A stretch of DNA of 63,409 nucleotides, counting the filler, from Salisapilia sapeloensis CBS 127946 (taxonomy: Eukaryota; Protista; Oomycota), in NCBI GenBank assembly GCA_023334545.1. It is 11 parts of 11 records of this genome, joined end to end, with 100 filler letters (N's around TTAATTAATTAA, not from the genome) between each part and the next. Parts side by side here need not be neighbours in the genome. Positions count along the whole stretch, not along the records: positions 21,946 to 44,416 come from JAADVB010000273.1; positions 44,517 to 46,608 come from JAADVB010000962.1; 9 more parts are not named here. The stretch is one strand, 5' to 3'. The position numbers and the translations under genes are program-made. Positions 34,666 to 46,386 of this stretch are shown here, piece by piece (within the stretch, counting starts at the first letter, position 1; each line of letters opens with the position of its first letter). The notes under the pieces were generated by a model. It saw only the letters and a program-made list of their open reading frames with translations. It was not told where the DNA came from and did not search any database.

Positions 34666-35393
34666 TTAGAAGAAGACTTCTTCATCGCCAGACTGGCTGT
34701 CGGCGTCACTGTCAAAGTAGTCCACTGTGTAGTCGTTGTTATCGTCGCCCTAGGACAACGTTAGTGCTGCATATGATACGACATGATAGAAGACGTACCA
34801 GGTCTTCATCTTCTTCCACGTCGTCGTCATCTAGATCCTGGTCGGCCTTGGCTTTCTCGCCTTGCTTGCGCTCCTGCGCTTCGAGAGATTTCATTAAAGA
34901 CTCAGCGTTGCGTACTTGCATCGGCCGTCCACTGGCATCTAGCTTGCCAGACAGACGAGAGCGAGAGTAGGAACTACTTTGTAGCTCGACCGGCACGAAC
35001 ACTTCGTCCGGTTTAATCGTCTCGGGCGTCGTTACATGCACCATGCCATTCCCAGTCGCATGCCCATGGATGTCCACTTCTGTGTCATACAAGTTTTGCA
35101 GCTTGTGTCCTAACACTCGTTGACGATGCACCAGTGAAGCGTCTTGTTTAGACAACGCTTCTGGCTGTGGAAGTTCCAATGGAGGAAATAACGCTGCTCC
35201 ATCTTCCGCCTAGTGGATGCTACAGTGATTACATGACGTTCATATAGTCTACTAGCAAGTTTCAAACCTGAAATTGTTCCATCTGATGGTAGGAAAGCCC
35301 AAGCTCTTCCCGTGTATTATCGAGCACATCGGACAATCCAGAGTTACCACTCCCACCGAAGCGGACTCGACCTCGACCACGTCCGCGACTCAT
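34666..35393 (-). CDS. RNA polymerase III subunit RPC7/RPC31-like, 3 exons
   Basis: Exons 35393-35268, 35209-34799, 34749-34666 join in frame. MSRGRGRGR, LFPPLELP, acidic tail ending DYTVDYFDSDADSQSGDEEVFF. Confidence 0.8.
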
Positions 35394-35558
35394 TTTGACA
35401 TTTCCTGTCGGTGATATCGTGCATATATTTTCCGCCAATAAAATTCGAGTAGTATAATATCTACCAATCATATGGAAGAAAGAAGCCTCTGGGCTACCAG
35501 CCAACCACCTTACTTGCTACCTCGACTATCATTTGCAAGTAGACGCATCAATTCTATC

Positions 35559-35984
35559 ATGTCGAACGTGTCCAAGGAGAAGCACGATGAACTGTGCGTC
35601 GCGTACGCCTCTATGATCCTCTTCGACGGCGAAGCGGAGATCACGGCCGATGCCATTAACTCGGTCATCTCGGCCTCGAACAACGAAGTCGAGCCGTACT
35701 GGCCCATGATGTTCGCCAACGTCCTGTCCCAGGAGGGCAAGATCCTCGAGCTCATCTCGTCGGGTGGCCCTGGTGCCGCTTCCGGTGGTGCCGCCGCTGC
35801 TGCTGGTGACGCTGGTGCTGAAGACGCTGGCGAGGCCAAGGAAGAGGAGGCCAAGGAAGAAGAAGCTGACCTCGTACGTTTATTTATTTCACATCATGTG
35901 ATACATGTCAACTGATGCAATTTGTCTTCTAAATGATAGGACTTGGGCGGTGGCATGGACATGTTCGGTGGTGAAGACTACTAA
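35559..35984 (+). CDS. RPLP1: 60S acidic ribosomal protein P1, 2 exons
   Basis: Exons 35559-35873 and 35940-35984. ELCVAYASMILFDG...VEPYWPMMFANVL, Ala hinge, EEEADLDLGGGMDMFGGEDY. Confidence 0.95.
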
Positions 35985-36474
35985 GCATGGAATGCAGTAC
36001 CTTAAAAAGCGAAAGGAGACAGGAGTAGCAGTATGAACGACGGACATACGAACGGAAACGCTAGTTACTATACTGTCCTCTTTCAATGCAGCATGAATCC
36101 TTGCGCGTCTACTACAGTCATTTTGTCCATCTTGTCTTCCATTCTACCTACAATGCCACCCTTCTATCTACCATCCTCCTCATCAATATAAACCCATCCA
36201 TGTACTAGTACGATATTAAGTAGACTCATGTGTGGTATGAGAGTACAAGCATGTCGATATGCTGCGTCCATTGCTACATGATCCCCTCGATTTACAAATG
36301 TGCACACTATACTTAATTCAAGTGTAAAAGTGTTTTTTAATTTTAAAAAGCGCGCGGAAGGATAAAAGCGCGGAAAACGCGGTAGACGATCGCTCGTCTC
36401 TGTATGCCTCTAGTCTTCCTCGAAACTACATTCTACTAGCACTAACGATACTAGTCGACTAGTTCAATCGAAAG

Positions 36475-39400
36475 ATGGCTCGATCCAAGTGGTCACAGCA
36501 GGCAGTCGACCCGTTCGGCGGTCCAAATGTCGACTCGGAAAGCAAGACAGAGCACGAGATACCTCCATTAAAGCGTCGAAATGCTAGTCTAGAACAAGCA
36601 AGGGATCGATATAAACAAGCTCGGAAAAGCACAGACTCGATCATGTCGAATAACTACGCTCTGGAGCACACTACGAACCATGAACTCCACATCTTGAGCT
36701 CCGAGTTCACGCCACCAAGTCTAGACTTTGGTTCCGTGCCTTGTACGACCCGTAAGACCCTCGTGTTAACTGTTCTAAACGACAGTGATAGTCGTAGTGC
36801 TCGATTGAAATTCCTAAAGTGCAGGACGGACGGTCCGAGTCGCTTTACATGCGATCTCCACCTCTGTGTCGTCTCTCCTGGTCATTCCGTCAAGCTCCGA
36901 CTATCGTATACACCAGAAGAAGCCGATGAGGAGAAAACAAGCTCTGGAAAGATGATTTTCCTCGTGAATGACGAGCAGCAAGTGCATTGCGTCGTACGTG
37001 GCGAAGCGAGTCGACGTAATAAGCGTCTAGATGCGACAAAGAAAGCGATGCGAGAGACATTCACGTCTCTCTCGTCCTTTACACCAAGCGTACAAGCAGA
37101 TTCGTATCGTACCACAGAGACGACGACGGATCGAGAGGACGATGAAGAGGATGAAAGTGCGAAAGACAGTGACGTCCAGTGGGTTCCTCTCCCTCCCATC
37201 GACGAAAACACACCCACTCCATCCAAGAGACGTCGTAAACGAGAGACTTCATGTGCTCTAGACTTCACTACAGATTTTGTCAACAATAAGAGACGTCGCA
37301 CGCGTCTTTCGAATGCATCAGAAGACGGACGACGCGTCTCCTCTGGTTCATGGTGGAGTCACAGACGTCAGAGTCAAGACGAATCATGGATGCAACGACA
37401 GGAAAAAGGTCTAACGAGTTGGATCAACTACGTGCTCCTTGATCCACAGCTACAACAAGTCGCGGAAGAAAAGCAGACGTCCAGTCGCTTTGACTTTTCT
37501 TCGCTTCGAGTACTTACGCAGAAGCGAGTCGAAGCATCGTACTGGCAACATGCACGAGAAGTATACACGACAGACGATTTCAAACAAACGTTTGCTCGTG
37601 TCGGAGATGAGATTGAAAAGAAGAAACTGACGTGTCGAACGGATCGTCCGGTATATGCTGATTTAGGTCTTCAGCAAGAACTCTTGTCGCTCTTGAATAA
37701 CTACCACCCAGCATGGTTAGCTCTTGCCATCGGTACGATCATCGGCCATCAAGGCATGCAATCGGAGCGCGTGCATCTACGCAGTATGCTCGTGGCACCA
37801 AAGCGAAAGGGCTCTCCGATGCCCAAGTGCATGCGTCGATTGATACTCCATCGTCTCGTGCACGATCCAGTAGTCGCACAAGACTTTCGCTTGGTCAAGA
37901 ACCTCCGAGCGCCATTAGATGGGAGTCTGACGAGCGACAGTGTGTTTCGACACAAGAAGACCAAAGTAACTGGTCGAGAGTACTTCGATGCACTATCGGA
38001 GCACTTTGTCCTCAAAGTCCTGATGGTCGTGAAACTATTGGATGCATGCGTCCTTCAACGTCATGCATTGTTTCAACACTTTCCATGCCTATTTAAAGTC
38101 TCTTGTACGACACAAGACGTTTTATCCGATCACGAATTACGTTTAAAACGCTCGGAAGCCATCTTGAACGAATTCTCGCGTCTCTTCTTAGCACAAGAAG
38201 GACGGATTGAGAAGCATTTGAGACAATTGGATTATGTCGTGTCATATGAACAATTGCCATTAGATGAAATCGACGCCCATGTGAAACACTTGTCGACGGA
38301 TTTAAGAGATGGTATACGACTCGCACGACTCTTGGAGACGCTCACGAATGTCCATCTCTCGAATCAACTACGTGTCCCAGCGCTTTCGAGACTACAAAAG
38401 GTACATAACATGGAGGTAAGTCTGTCGTTTTTAAAGGAAGAGTGTGGAGAGACGTTCCTCTCGTCTCTCGCAGCATCATCTCGATCTTTGAATGCTGGCA
38501 AGAGTGCCCTTGCAAAGGATCTCGTCGACGGACATCGAGAGAAGACGCTAGCGTTGCTTTGGCACATCCTCTCTCGCTTCCAACTACCTGCTGTCGTCGA
38601 CACGTCGTCTCTCGAACGCGAGATTCAGTGGATAAAACGTCGTCTAAGCCTCTCGAGCGTCGAGTTCCTCATGAATGAAGAGACGAAACATCCGCTCCGG
38701 CACTTGTTTCAGTCGCAAGACGTCGATCAAGTCCTATTAGAATGGTGTCGAGTCGTCTGCGCAAACTACTTTACGTCCGTACGTGACTACACGTCTTCCT
38801 TCCAAGACGGAAGAGTCTTGTGCCTCGTACTCCACTACTACCATCCGATGCTCTTGTCGAAGCAAGATCTAGCGTCCGGCAACCTACTACACGTCTTGAA
38901 CGATCGAGTGCATCAACTAGGTGATATCCCAGTCATGCTCCCGACAGAAGATCTCGTAGACGCTTCTCTCATCAAGACCTTCGTCAGTTACCTCCAATCG
39001 CGTCTCTTGTCTAGTACAAAGGAACTACATGCTGCTCGGACGTTAAAGCGCTGGTGGCGACATCCACGTCTTCAATTGTACTTGAAACAAAAGAAACAGA
39101 CAGCTGCGAAGACGATCCAGAGGTTCTGGAGTGCTTCGAGTGCCAGACGTTTCATGATAAGACAATGTCGTCGTCTCTTACGTCATGCTCATATCGTCAA
39201 AGCTAGTATCCAGATGTACTATGCCAAGAAAAAGTTACATGTCGTAAAGAAAGGGATGAAGACATTACAACGACGATGGCGGATGTTAGAGACGAAAGTG
39301 AATGATAAACGAAGAGCTGTACTTGTCATCCAATCTAAGTGGAGACAGAGGAAAGAGAGGATGGAAGCTATGTGGATTTTAAATCGTTTACGATCGAAAA

Positions 39401-42090
39401 GACAAGAGACGTTGCGGATAAATGCGGTGGTACGACTACAACGATGGTGGCACAAGCGTTGCTTTCGAATGCAGATACAGCATCTCGGTACACAGACGAG
39501 AGAAAGGGAGAAGCAGAGGAAGGCTGTATCTATCCTCCGCTCCTTTATGATTCAAGTCAAGAGCAAGAGAAGACGAAGGAGACATGGAGCTGCAACGAAA
39601 CTGCAGAGGATGGTACGTAGGTGGAGGGATAGACGAAGACTACAGGAAGAAGCTCTTGGACGCTATCAAGAGATGTTGCAGCAACGTCAGGCGGAGAGTA
39701 GGCGACGGGAAGGAGCCGTATCGACTGTCCAACGCGCGTATCGACACGCTCGAACTCTTAAACTACAAACAGACAAGACGTGTGTCCTGCAAGCATGGTA
39801 TCGAAACGTCCAGCGTCGTAGGAGACTCCTCCGTGCTGCTGCAGACTACAAGCGTCGGGATCAGAGCGCCATCCTCCTCCAACGCACCTATCGCACCTAC
39901 ATGAGTCGTCAAGGTCTCTTGAAGACTGCCATCAAGCTCCGTGCTGCGAATCAACACCAGTCTCTCGTATCTCGTTCCGTCACTAAGCTCCAACGCTTCT
40001 ATCGTCGTCATCTCCTATCAAGAGCTCTCGTCTCGACTGCAGACAAGTACAAGCGTGAATCCAGAGCTGTGTATAAGATCCAACGATGCTGGCGTCTTAG
40101 TCTCCATCGTCATCAACTCGTGCAAGCTGCAACCTTGTATCGTCAAGAACGCCTTCGATCACTTCAATTGCAATGGGAACGACAGATTAGTGCTGTGGTT
40201 CTCCAACGTCACTTTCGTCTACGTCGTGTGCGTTTGAAAGCAACGAAAGCTGTCATCAAGCTCCAAGCGTATGCAAGACAAAAGATACAGACGAAGAGAT
40301 TTAGATACATGCAGATGTGTGCCATCAAGATACAAAAGATCGTAAGAGGGTATGACAGTCGGAAGAAGATGGACTTTTATGATATCAAGAGAAAACTAGC
40401 ACAATTACGTGTTGTATCGAGTTGCTGGCGGATTGAGTGGTGGTATATCGATTGTCAGAAGCGGACGAGATGGAAGGAAGCGGCTGTGGTGCTGCAATTG
40501 TGGTGGAGAAGATGTCGAGCGATGGAGATCGTCAAGGTGAAGAGACGAGAGAAGGATGAAGAGAGGATGCAGGATACTCCTGACCGTCAACAGTCGCCTA
40601 CCATGCCTTCTCCTACTCAACCATCCACTGCATCTGAGGATAATCATCTGGAGACGAGGTACATGCCTCCAAGAGAGGAGAAATCATATAGTACTCCTGT
40701 CCAAGACAGACCTCCAAAGGAAACGTCTAGTCTTACGCAGTCGGATAGTCGCATGGAAAAGAGCCGACCGAGTCAAAAGTCAATGTGGAAGCAGCATTCG
40801 CCAGTGACATTTGTGCATGCCCAACCTTCTTCCTCTGTCGAATCCAGTCCAGCATCTCCTCAAGTACCATCCAGTACAATTCAGAAGAGTGGAACGGAGG
40901 AGAGTGGGATGCACTTGTCGTCTGTAGAAGAGAGAGGTAAGAGTCTAGAACCTGTCTCTCATGCGATTGAGACTGGAGATCAAGTGGAAGAAGCTAGTGC
41001 AGATACGAGTATCTCTTCTTCACAGGAGGATACGAGCCCAGTGGTAGCTGTATCTCATGACCAGTCTACACAATACTCATCTCCACGTGACTCGTATGTC
41101 GATCATGCAACTATGACGGAGGAATCTCTACATTGTGACAATACTGACGCTCATGACGTACATACTCATCCATCACACAACTCTCCGGACAGTCGTAACA
41201 TCATGCAGGAGACAATGGAAGATAATGCGTCTAGTAGACATACTCCAGTACACCCACAAGAGACACAGTCTCAGGAAAATGTACCTCCACCTGCTCCAGT
41301 TGAAACGCAGACACCACATCAGCAGGAAGCCATGGCACAGAGTACACGTAAAGAGACCTCATCTCCCACTCCACAGCAGACGACACCTTCTCGTCCAGAT
41401 CAGTCTCCAAAACCACATAAATCGACTCCTGTAGGTGGTCTCACGTCTGCTGTCGAGCGTATGCAGGTGGAGGCATCGACGCCACCCTCTTCCTCTATCG
41501 TCCGTACGCCGGACAGTCGGCTATCTCAAGCCATCCACGTCCTCTTCCAAAGCCGCAGTCTCTCATCTCTTCTCGAGGCTACGCATACCATTGAAATATG
41601 CACTCGCTTCTCCCATGACGACTGCACCACTTGTCTTGAGGCAGGTGTCGCGTCCACTCTCTTTGCTGCCATCGGAGGCCTCGGTCGATCGAGTGATCAT
41701 GAGCGACTGCTACGCCAAGTCCTACTGATCCTCATCAACCTCAATACCTTCATCATACAATCAGGACAAGACCACTTGTTCTTAGATGATGCGAGAGGGA
41801 TGGAAGCTTTAGTCGATATCCTCCATTCCCATCGAGATACGAAACAAGTCTTTGTCTTGGCCGCGAGAGTCTTAAAGGTGTATCTCGGTCGGACGAAAGA
41901 TCGAAAGAGATGGGAGATGTGGAGGAGACGGTTGGAGGGACTGCAGCGTCTACTAGATAAGCGAGCGCAGGTATTAGAGACGCTGAGTAGTACAACGAGA
42001 GCACAGTTGACAGCGAGAATGAACCCTCGGACGGGGGTGTCTGTACTGACACAGCTTCTGCATGTCATGCATGCATGTACGGAAGGGTGA
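36475..42090 (+). CDS. ASPM: Abnormal spindle / ASPM homologue (ASH, CH domains, IQ repeats, C-terminal helical repeat), 1871 aa, intronless
   Basis: LDFGSVP (ASH-like), QEKGLTSWINYVL, LSLLNNYHPAWL, LSTDLRDGIRLARLLE, RLQKVHNMEVSL, DLVDGHREKTLALLW, FQDGRVLCLVLHYYHP, many IQxxWR repeats. Confidence 0.93.
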   Translation: MARSKWSQQAVDPFGGPNVDSESKTEHEIPPLKRRNASLEQARDRYKQARKSTDSIMSNNYALEHTTNHELHILSSEFTPPSLDFGSVPCTTRKTLVLTVLNDSDSRSARLKFLKCRTDGPSRFTCDLHLCVVSPGHSVKLRLSYTPEEADEEKTSSGKMIFLVNDEQQVHCVVRGEASRRNKRLDATKKAMRETFTSLSSFTPSVQADSYRTTETTTDREDDEEDESAKDSDVQWVPLPPIDENTPTPSKRRRKRETSCALDFTTDFVNNKRRRTRLSNASEDGRRVSSGSWWSHRRQSQDESWMQRQEKGLTSWINYVLLDPQLQQVAEEKQTSSRFDFSSLRVLTQKRVEASYWQHAREVYTTDDFKQTFARVGDEIEKKKLTCRTDRPVYADLGLQQELLSLLNNYHPAWLALAIGTIIGHQGMQSERVHLRSMLVAPKRKGSPMPKCMRRLILHRLVHDPVVAQDFRLVKNLRAPLDGSLTSDSVFRHKKTKVTGREYFDALSEHFVLKVLMVVKLLDACVLQRHALFQHFPCLFKVSCTTQDVLSDHELRLKRSEAILNEFSRLFLAQEGRIEKHLRQLDYVVSYEQLPLDEIDAHVKHLSTDLRDGIRLARLLETLTNVHLSNQLRVPALSRLQKVHNMEVSLSFLKEECGETFLSSLAASSRSLNAGKSALAKDLVDGHREKTLALLWHILSRFQLPAVVDTSSLEREIQWIKRRLSLSSVEFLMNEETKHPLRHLFQSQDVDQVLLEWCRVVCANYFTSVRDYTSSFQDGRVLCLVLHYYHPMLLSKQDLASGNLLHVLNDRVHQLGDIPVMLPTEDLVDASLIKTFVSYLQSRLLSSTKELHAARTLKRWWRHPRLQLYLKQKKQTAAKTIQRFWSASSARRFMIRQCRRLLRHAHIVKASIQMYYAKKKLHVVKKGMKTLQRRWRMLETKVNDKRRAVLVIQSKWRQRKERMEAMWILNRLRSKRQETLRINAVVRLQRWWHKRCFRMQIQHLGTQTREREKQRKAVSILRSFMIQVKSKRRRRRHGAATKLQRMVRRWRDRRRLQEEALGRYQEMLQQRQAESRRREGAVSTVQRAYRHARTLKLQTDKTCVLQAWYRNVQRRRRLLRAAADYKRRDQSAILLQRTYRTYMSRQGLLKTAIKLRAANQHQSLVSRSVTKLQRFYRRHLLSRALVSTADKYKRESRAVYKIQRCWRLSLHRHQLVQAATLYRQERLRSLQLQWERQISAVVLQRHFRLRRVRLKATKAVIKLQAYARQKIQTKRFRYMQMCAIKIQKIVRGYDSRKKMDFYDIKRKLAQLRVVSSCWRIEWWYIDCQKRTRWKEAAVVLQLWWRRCRAMEIVKVKRREKDEERMQDTPDRQQSPTMPSPTQPSTASEDNHLETRYMPPREEKSYSTPVQDRPPKETSSLTQSDSRMEKSRPSQKSMWKQHSPVTFVHAQPSSSVESSPASPQVPSSTIQKSGTEESGMHLSSVEERGKSLEPVSHAIETGDQVEEASADTSISSSQEDTSPVVAVSHDQSTQYSSPRDSYVDHATMTEESLHCDNTDAHDVHTHPSHNSPDSRNIMQETMEDNASSRHTPVHPQETQSQENVPPPAPVETQTPHQQEAMAQSTRKETSSPTPQQTTPSRPDQSPKPHKSTPVGGLTSAVERMQVEASTPPSSSIVRTPDSRLSQAIHVLFQSRSLSSLLEATHTIEICTRFSHDDCTTCLEAGVASTLFAAIGGLGRSSDHERLLRQVLLILINLNTFIIQSGQDHLFLDDARGMEALVDILHSHRDTKQVFVLAARVLKVYLGRTKDRKRWEMWRRRLEGLQRLLDKRAQVLETLSSTTRAQLTARMNPRTGVSVLTQLLHVMHACTEG

Positions 42091-42127
42091 TAAAAAGAAA
42101 GTATACTTGGATTACGTTTGGTGCTAG

Positions 42128-42551
42128 TTAAAGACTCTGTCGGTTTAATAGAGGCTGCGCTTCTTCCGTCGCGCTTGTGAAACGCTCGGGAGATGAAGCT
42201 TGCTTGCGTTTCTCCTGGTAGTATACGATCGTAGACGCAGCGCATAGAACACCGTAGAGGAGAGCTAGAATGCGGATGAGTATCGAAGAAAGGATATGGT
42301 AGAGATGGACGCGTACAGCCTTCGTAGATGGGGGCAGGGCCGCTCAGACTGGAGCTTAGTTTGAGGTAGTGCGGCTGAATCTGTACGAGGAGTCCGATGA
42401 GGAAGAGGAAGACGAAGCCAGAGGCGGAGAAGAGCGAACAAAAGAGCGCGTCTGATGTGCGTATCAGGTGATGGATGGGCAAGTTTCGTCAGCTTTAACA
42501 TACTTTGTAGGCAAGTATAAAGAGATACGTACAACCCATTCGACTAGCCAT
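42128..42551 (-). CDS. Small two-helix membrane protein, RNase kappa / V-ATPase subunit f-like, 3 exons
   Basis: Spliced model MASRMGYALFCSLFSASGFVFLFLIGLLVQIQPHYLKL...YEGSLLYGVLCAASTIVYYQEKRKQ...; GT-AG introns inferred. Confidence 0.5.
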
Positions 42552-42787
42552 ACTCACTCGATGTACAAGAGTCTGGAGAACGGTAGAACGAGTACTGGTA
42601 GATAGGTAGATGGACCGACGGTAGGTCCTTCGTTGCAATGCCTACTAGGTGTGGTGGTTGAAGTTGAAGAATGGTAAAATGACCCTTTACATATACAAAT
42701 ATCAAGATAAACGAAATGGTGCAGCCACACTTGTAAACTGCATTTCGACGGTCTTGTCGACACTTGCAAAGAACACGACAAGCTAAA

Positions 42788-43276
42788 ATGTACGACTTTT
42801 GCCTCACGATTCCCGTACGTCTCGTCTCATGATGCGCTTGCTACTGGCATACCTTATAAGTGATCTGACGTGTATTGATCTAGTATGGCATGATCGTCGG
42901 ACTCGGTGGACTCATGGGCTACGTCACCGCCGGAAGCAATATGAGCCTCATTGCTGGTGGCAGCTCTGGCGCATTCCTGACGTTGCTAGGATACGCTAGC
43001 TACAACGAGTACAAGCAAAAAGCTTCCGTCTCGAGCATCTGGGCTGGTCTATCTCTCGGTACACAACCTTCTATGCAGTATGCTACTTGACCATTTATCT
43101 TATTCCATCCACTAGTCATTTCCGGTGCGCTGACAGGAGTTATGGCCAACCGAGCCTACCGTACTGGCGCCATCTTCCCAGCTGCCTTCGTCTCCGCCCT
43201 CAGCGCTGGCATGACCATCTTTTACATTCATACCCTCATCTACCCACCAAAGTCCAAGACCGATAAGAAACTCTAA
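42788..43276 (+). CDS. TMEM14 / FAX family membrane protein, 3 exons
   Basis: Spliced MYDFCLTIP|YGMIVGLGGLMGYVTAGSNMSLIAGGSSG...LTGVMANRAYRTGAIFPA. Confidence 0.88.
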
Positions 43277-43368
43277 TCCAAGCCTCCCTCAATCGTTCCA
43301 CAAAAACAGTTGCACACATTGTTGACATGTTGGTCTATTAAATTGATATCCTCACCCATCCGCGCAAA

Positions 43369-44175
43369 ATGCACCTACCACAGCTCGTGGACGATGCTCT
43401 TCGCAAGTGGCGAAAGACACGCCTTCTTCATCCTCGACTCATTGTCTTATCTGCCCTGTCCATCCTATTCATGCTCCTATGCTACCTATCTGTCCCAATT
43501 CATATTGAACGAGCTATTCGAGGCCATGGATGCATCGATCCTGGTAGTCACGCCGAGCACATGTATTTCGACGCGACCCAGTGCGTCACCCAGCGTGAAC
43601 GCATTGCAGCTATACGAGAAACTCTGCGTGTATTCACGAGGCTACTGGATGCACGAGATATTGACTACTGGCTCGATAGTGGTACACTCTTGGGCCAGTT
43701 CCGAGAGCAAGACTTTATTCCCTGGGATGAAGATGCAGATATTGGCATCACACAAGAGTCGTTTGAAAAGATAAAGCGATTCGAACTTGCTTTTGACGTA
43801 CCGGACGGGTACGTATTACATGTGAAAGGAAGTAAATTCCGACCAAATGATCGCGATTCTGCCATCCCCGTGCGATTTATCGAGACCAAGTATGGCTTCT
43901 ACATCGACGTCTTCCTCTTTGAAGATGTCAATGTCCATGGTGTAGATCTACTAGCACCTCAACCGGCAGACGCCTGGGGAGGATGCAAGCAGTGCCTAAC
44001 AGTAGGTCGAGATAGCCCCGTAAGTCTCTTACTCATACCCAGATACTACGTCTTTCCGCTCCTACCCTGCCGAATAGCAGACATACAAGCTTATTGCCCT
44101 GCATCAAGAGTCCTCTACCTCAAGCATCTATACGGCAACAAGTTTCGGAAGAGTAGTAAAGGTTTCTTCTATTAG
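43369..44175 (+). CDS. LicD / fukutin-related phosphotransferase with N-terminal membrane anchor
   Basis: YWLDSGTLLGQFREQDFIPWDEDADIG and FYIDVF; hydrophobic segment near the N-terminus. Confidence 0.9.
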   Translation: MHLPQLVDDALRKWRKTRLLHPRLIVLSALSILFMLLCYLSVPIHIERAIRGHGCIDPGSHAEHMYFDATQCVTQRERIAAIRETLRVFTRLLDARDIDYWLDSGTLLGQFREQDFIPWDEDADIGITQESFEKIKRFELAFDVPDGYVLHVKGSKFRPNDRDSAIPVRFIETKYGFYIDVFLFEDVNVHGVDLLAPQPADAWGGCKQCLTVGRDSPVSLLLIPRYYVFPLLPCRIADIQAYCPASRVLYLKHLYGNKFRKSSKGFFY

Positions 44176-44516
44176 AACAACATGACAATTCTCTAGCATG
44201 GCGGCGTAAAAGAAAAAGTAGGAAGCGTATACGATATTTATCTTTTCTTAGGTAGTACGCTGTCGCTTGGCATCCGACGTGTCTTCTTCCTTGACGGTGG
44301 TGTCTTGAGTTTCGGGTGCAGGAGGGTCGGTCGATGCTGCTGCCGTCGCCTGTGTCGAGTTGAGTTTCTCCAGGATCTCCGGCGCGTGCTTCTTGGTCAG
44401 CTGCACGAGGATCGAGNNNNNNNNNNNNNNNNNNNNNNNNNNNNNNNNNNNNNNNNNNNNTTAATTAATTAANNNNNNNNNNNNNNNNNNNNNNNNNNNN
44501 NNNNNNNNNNNNNNNN

Positions 44517-46077
44517 AGCTCAGGTGGTAGAACGGGTGGAAGAGTCCGAAGAGCGCGACGACTTGTGTGAGAGCGTACTTGATGGCATTGGCAAGATGAG
44601 GCCACCACCTTCCAGTATCGTAGACTCTTCGTATGTTTTGTAGGAACCGCCACCATAGTGGAAGAGCACTCAGCAAAGGCAATACGATATTGACGTAGTA
44701 TACATTGGTCTTGCAGTTGTAGCCTTTATTCGGGTCTAACCCTGGCAGTTTGAGTGCGGCGTTGATTGTGTCTGGTTGGATCTCATCCTTTTCAAGAAAC
44801 TCCCTCGTGGCGAAGAAACAAATTGACCAAGACAGATCCTGTGTTACTTTGACGGTACTTGTGAGGTAATCTCCGACAAAGGTATGGAAGAATGTTACGA
44901 CAAAGAACGGAGAGCAAGCAACTTCCCCTAGCGTACGAAGTACTCCTATCTGTTTTCCCCACGGGCGAATGAGGTAAAAGTAGATAGCATACAAGTACAA
45001 AATCAGAGGGTAGTATCCTCGATGCAGTAGTTCTTCTGGAAAGTAGCCGTTGACTACTTTGTAGTACATGAGGACGTTGACGAGGTACACAATGGTCATA
45101 TTCGTCGCACTACTGAACATTTGGCCGTATGTGACTGCCCGACGAGGATCGAGCTCAAAGATGTAGCTATAGTTAATACGAGCGCTCCGCCAGACGTACA
45201 GGGACAGTCCCAACATCCATTGGAGCAGTAGAACACCTCCGAGGCCACGATACACTGGATACGCCTTTGTCGCTGTGAGATCGATAAGGTGCTTTTCACG
45301 CTCGGATTTAAAGGATGGCACAATGATCGAGTCCCATACGACCCAGAATAGCAGTACAAGACAGGCTCCGACTTTAATACCGACGTATACGTGACTCCAA
45401 TCGATCGCGTCTTCCTTCTTCGTGAGTAAAAGAGTTTTCGCAACGGACTCATTGCCGTCACAAAAGGCTCGAGCGAACATTTTTTCAATTTGACTCAACA
45501 AATCTCGGCACTTGTCACCAGAAGGAAAGTCGAAATCTTGTTGCAATCTATTTACATGCGTTGGACGAAGTGGTGGGTGAATCGGAGCTAGTTTCTTGTC
45601 ATGCTTTTTCAAGATTTTGATGCATCCGGTGTAATTCAGCATGGAAAAGTTCAGTAGGTGGTTGGATAGACGGTGGAGTTCAATAAGTGCATTCTTGAGA
45701 GAGTGTTGAGTGACACCAGGGGCATCCTCTCGATATTGGTGTTGCAACAAGTCGAGCTGACCACTGATTTCATCCAAATGACCATGATACGCATCTTCAA
45801 TTTTATGATACTCTTGCTCCAGTAAGGTCTCAAACTCTGGCTGCTGTGACACACGGGAGTGCAGACTTGGCGAAGTAGTTACGGATCTTTGAGTATCTTT
45901 CTCACTGTCGGTCGACTCTCGAGCATCCGAGTCGATCGACTTTGATGACGCCGAGTCCAGTTCTTGACTTAAGTGCTGCTGCTTACGAAGTGCTCTCTTG
46001 AGTTTTCCGTAGTCAATGTACTCATATTTCCATTCAGCATACGCATTATCACGTAGTCGCAGTCCGAAGTTGACCAT
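44517..46077 (-). CDS. SPX-EXS phosphate exporter (XPR1/SYG1/PHO1 family), 5' part, truncated by the contig end
   Basis: MVNFGLRL...EWKYEYIDYGKLK (SPX), LNYTGCIKILKKHDK, YSYIFELDPR, FVGDYLTS, LPLWWRFLQNIRR, HLANAIKY (EXS). Confidence 0.93.
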
Positions 46078-46386
46078 AACCTGTAAACTCGATAAGTGAT
46101 CGCATTAGAATAACGCACTTTAACGAGAAGGATTCCATCTTTTAGTTGATAAAACAAAGTTCATTTATTTATCGTAGCTGGACCATCTTTATGATCTCAC
46201 GCCTATAATTTATCACTATAAACTATAAATTTATGCAGAAGCAATGAGTACTTGTAACTATATGGAGGGTTGCAAATGGACCATAGTCCTTGCAGGATGC
46301 ACCGTGTTTTAATTCATATAGCATCTGAGTTTTCATTGTATGCGGATTTGAAAAAGTCCATGTGTCTACGTACACTAAGTTGCATC

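Noticed and set aside
44190-44416. GC-rich minus-strand frame at the contig end; similar stubs at 48322-48399 and 49480-49574
   Set aside because: Probably 3' ends of genes cut by contig breaks, but too short to identify.
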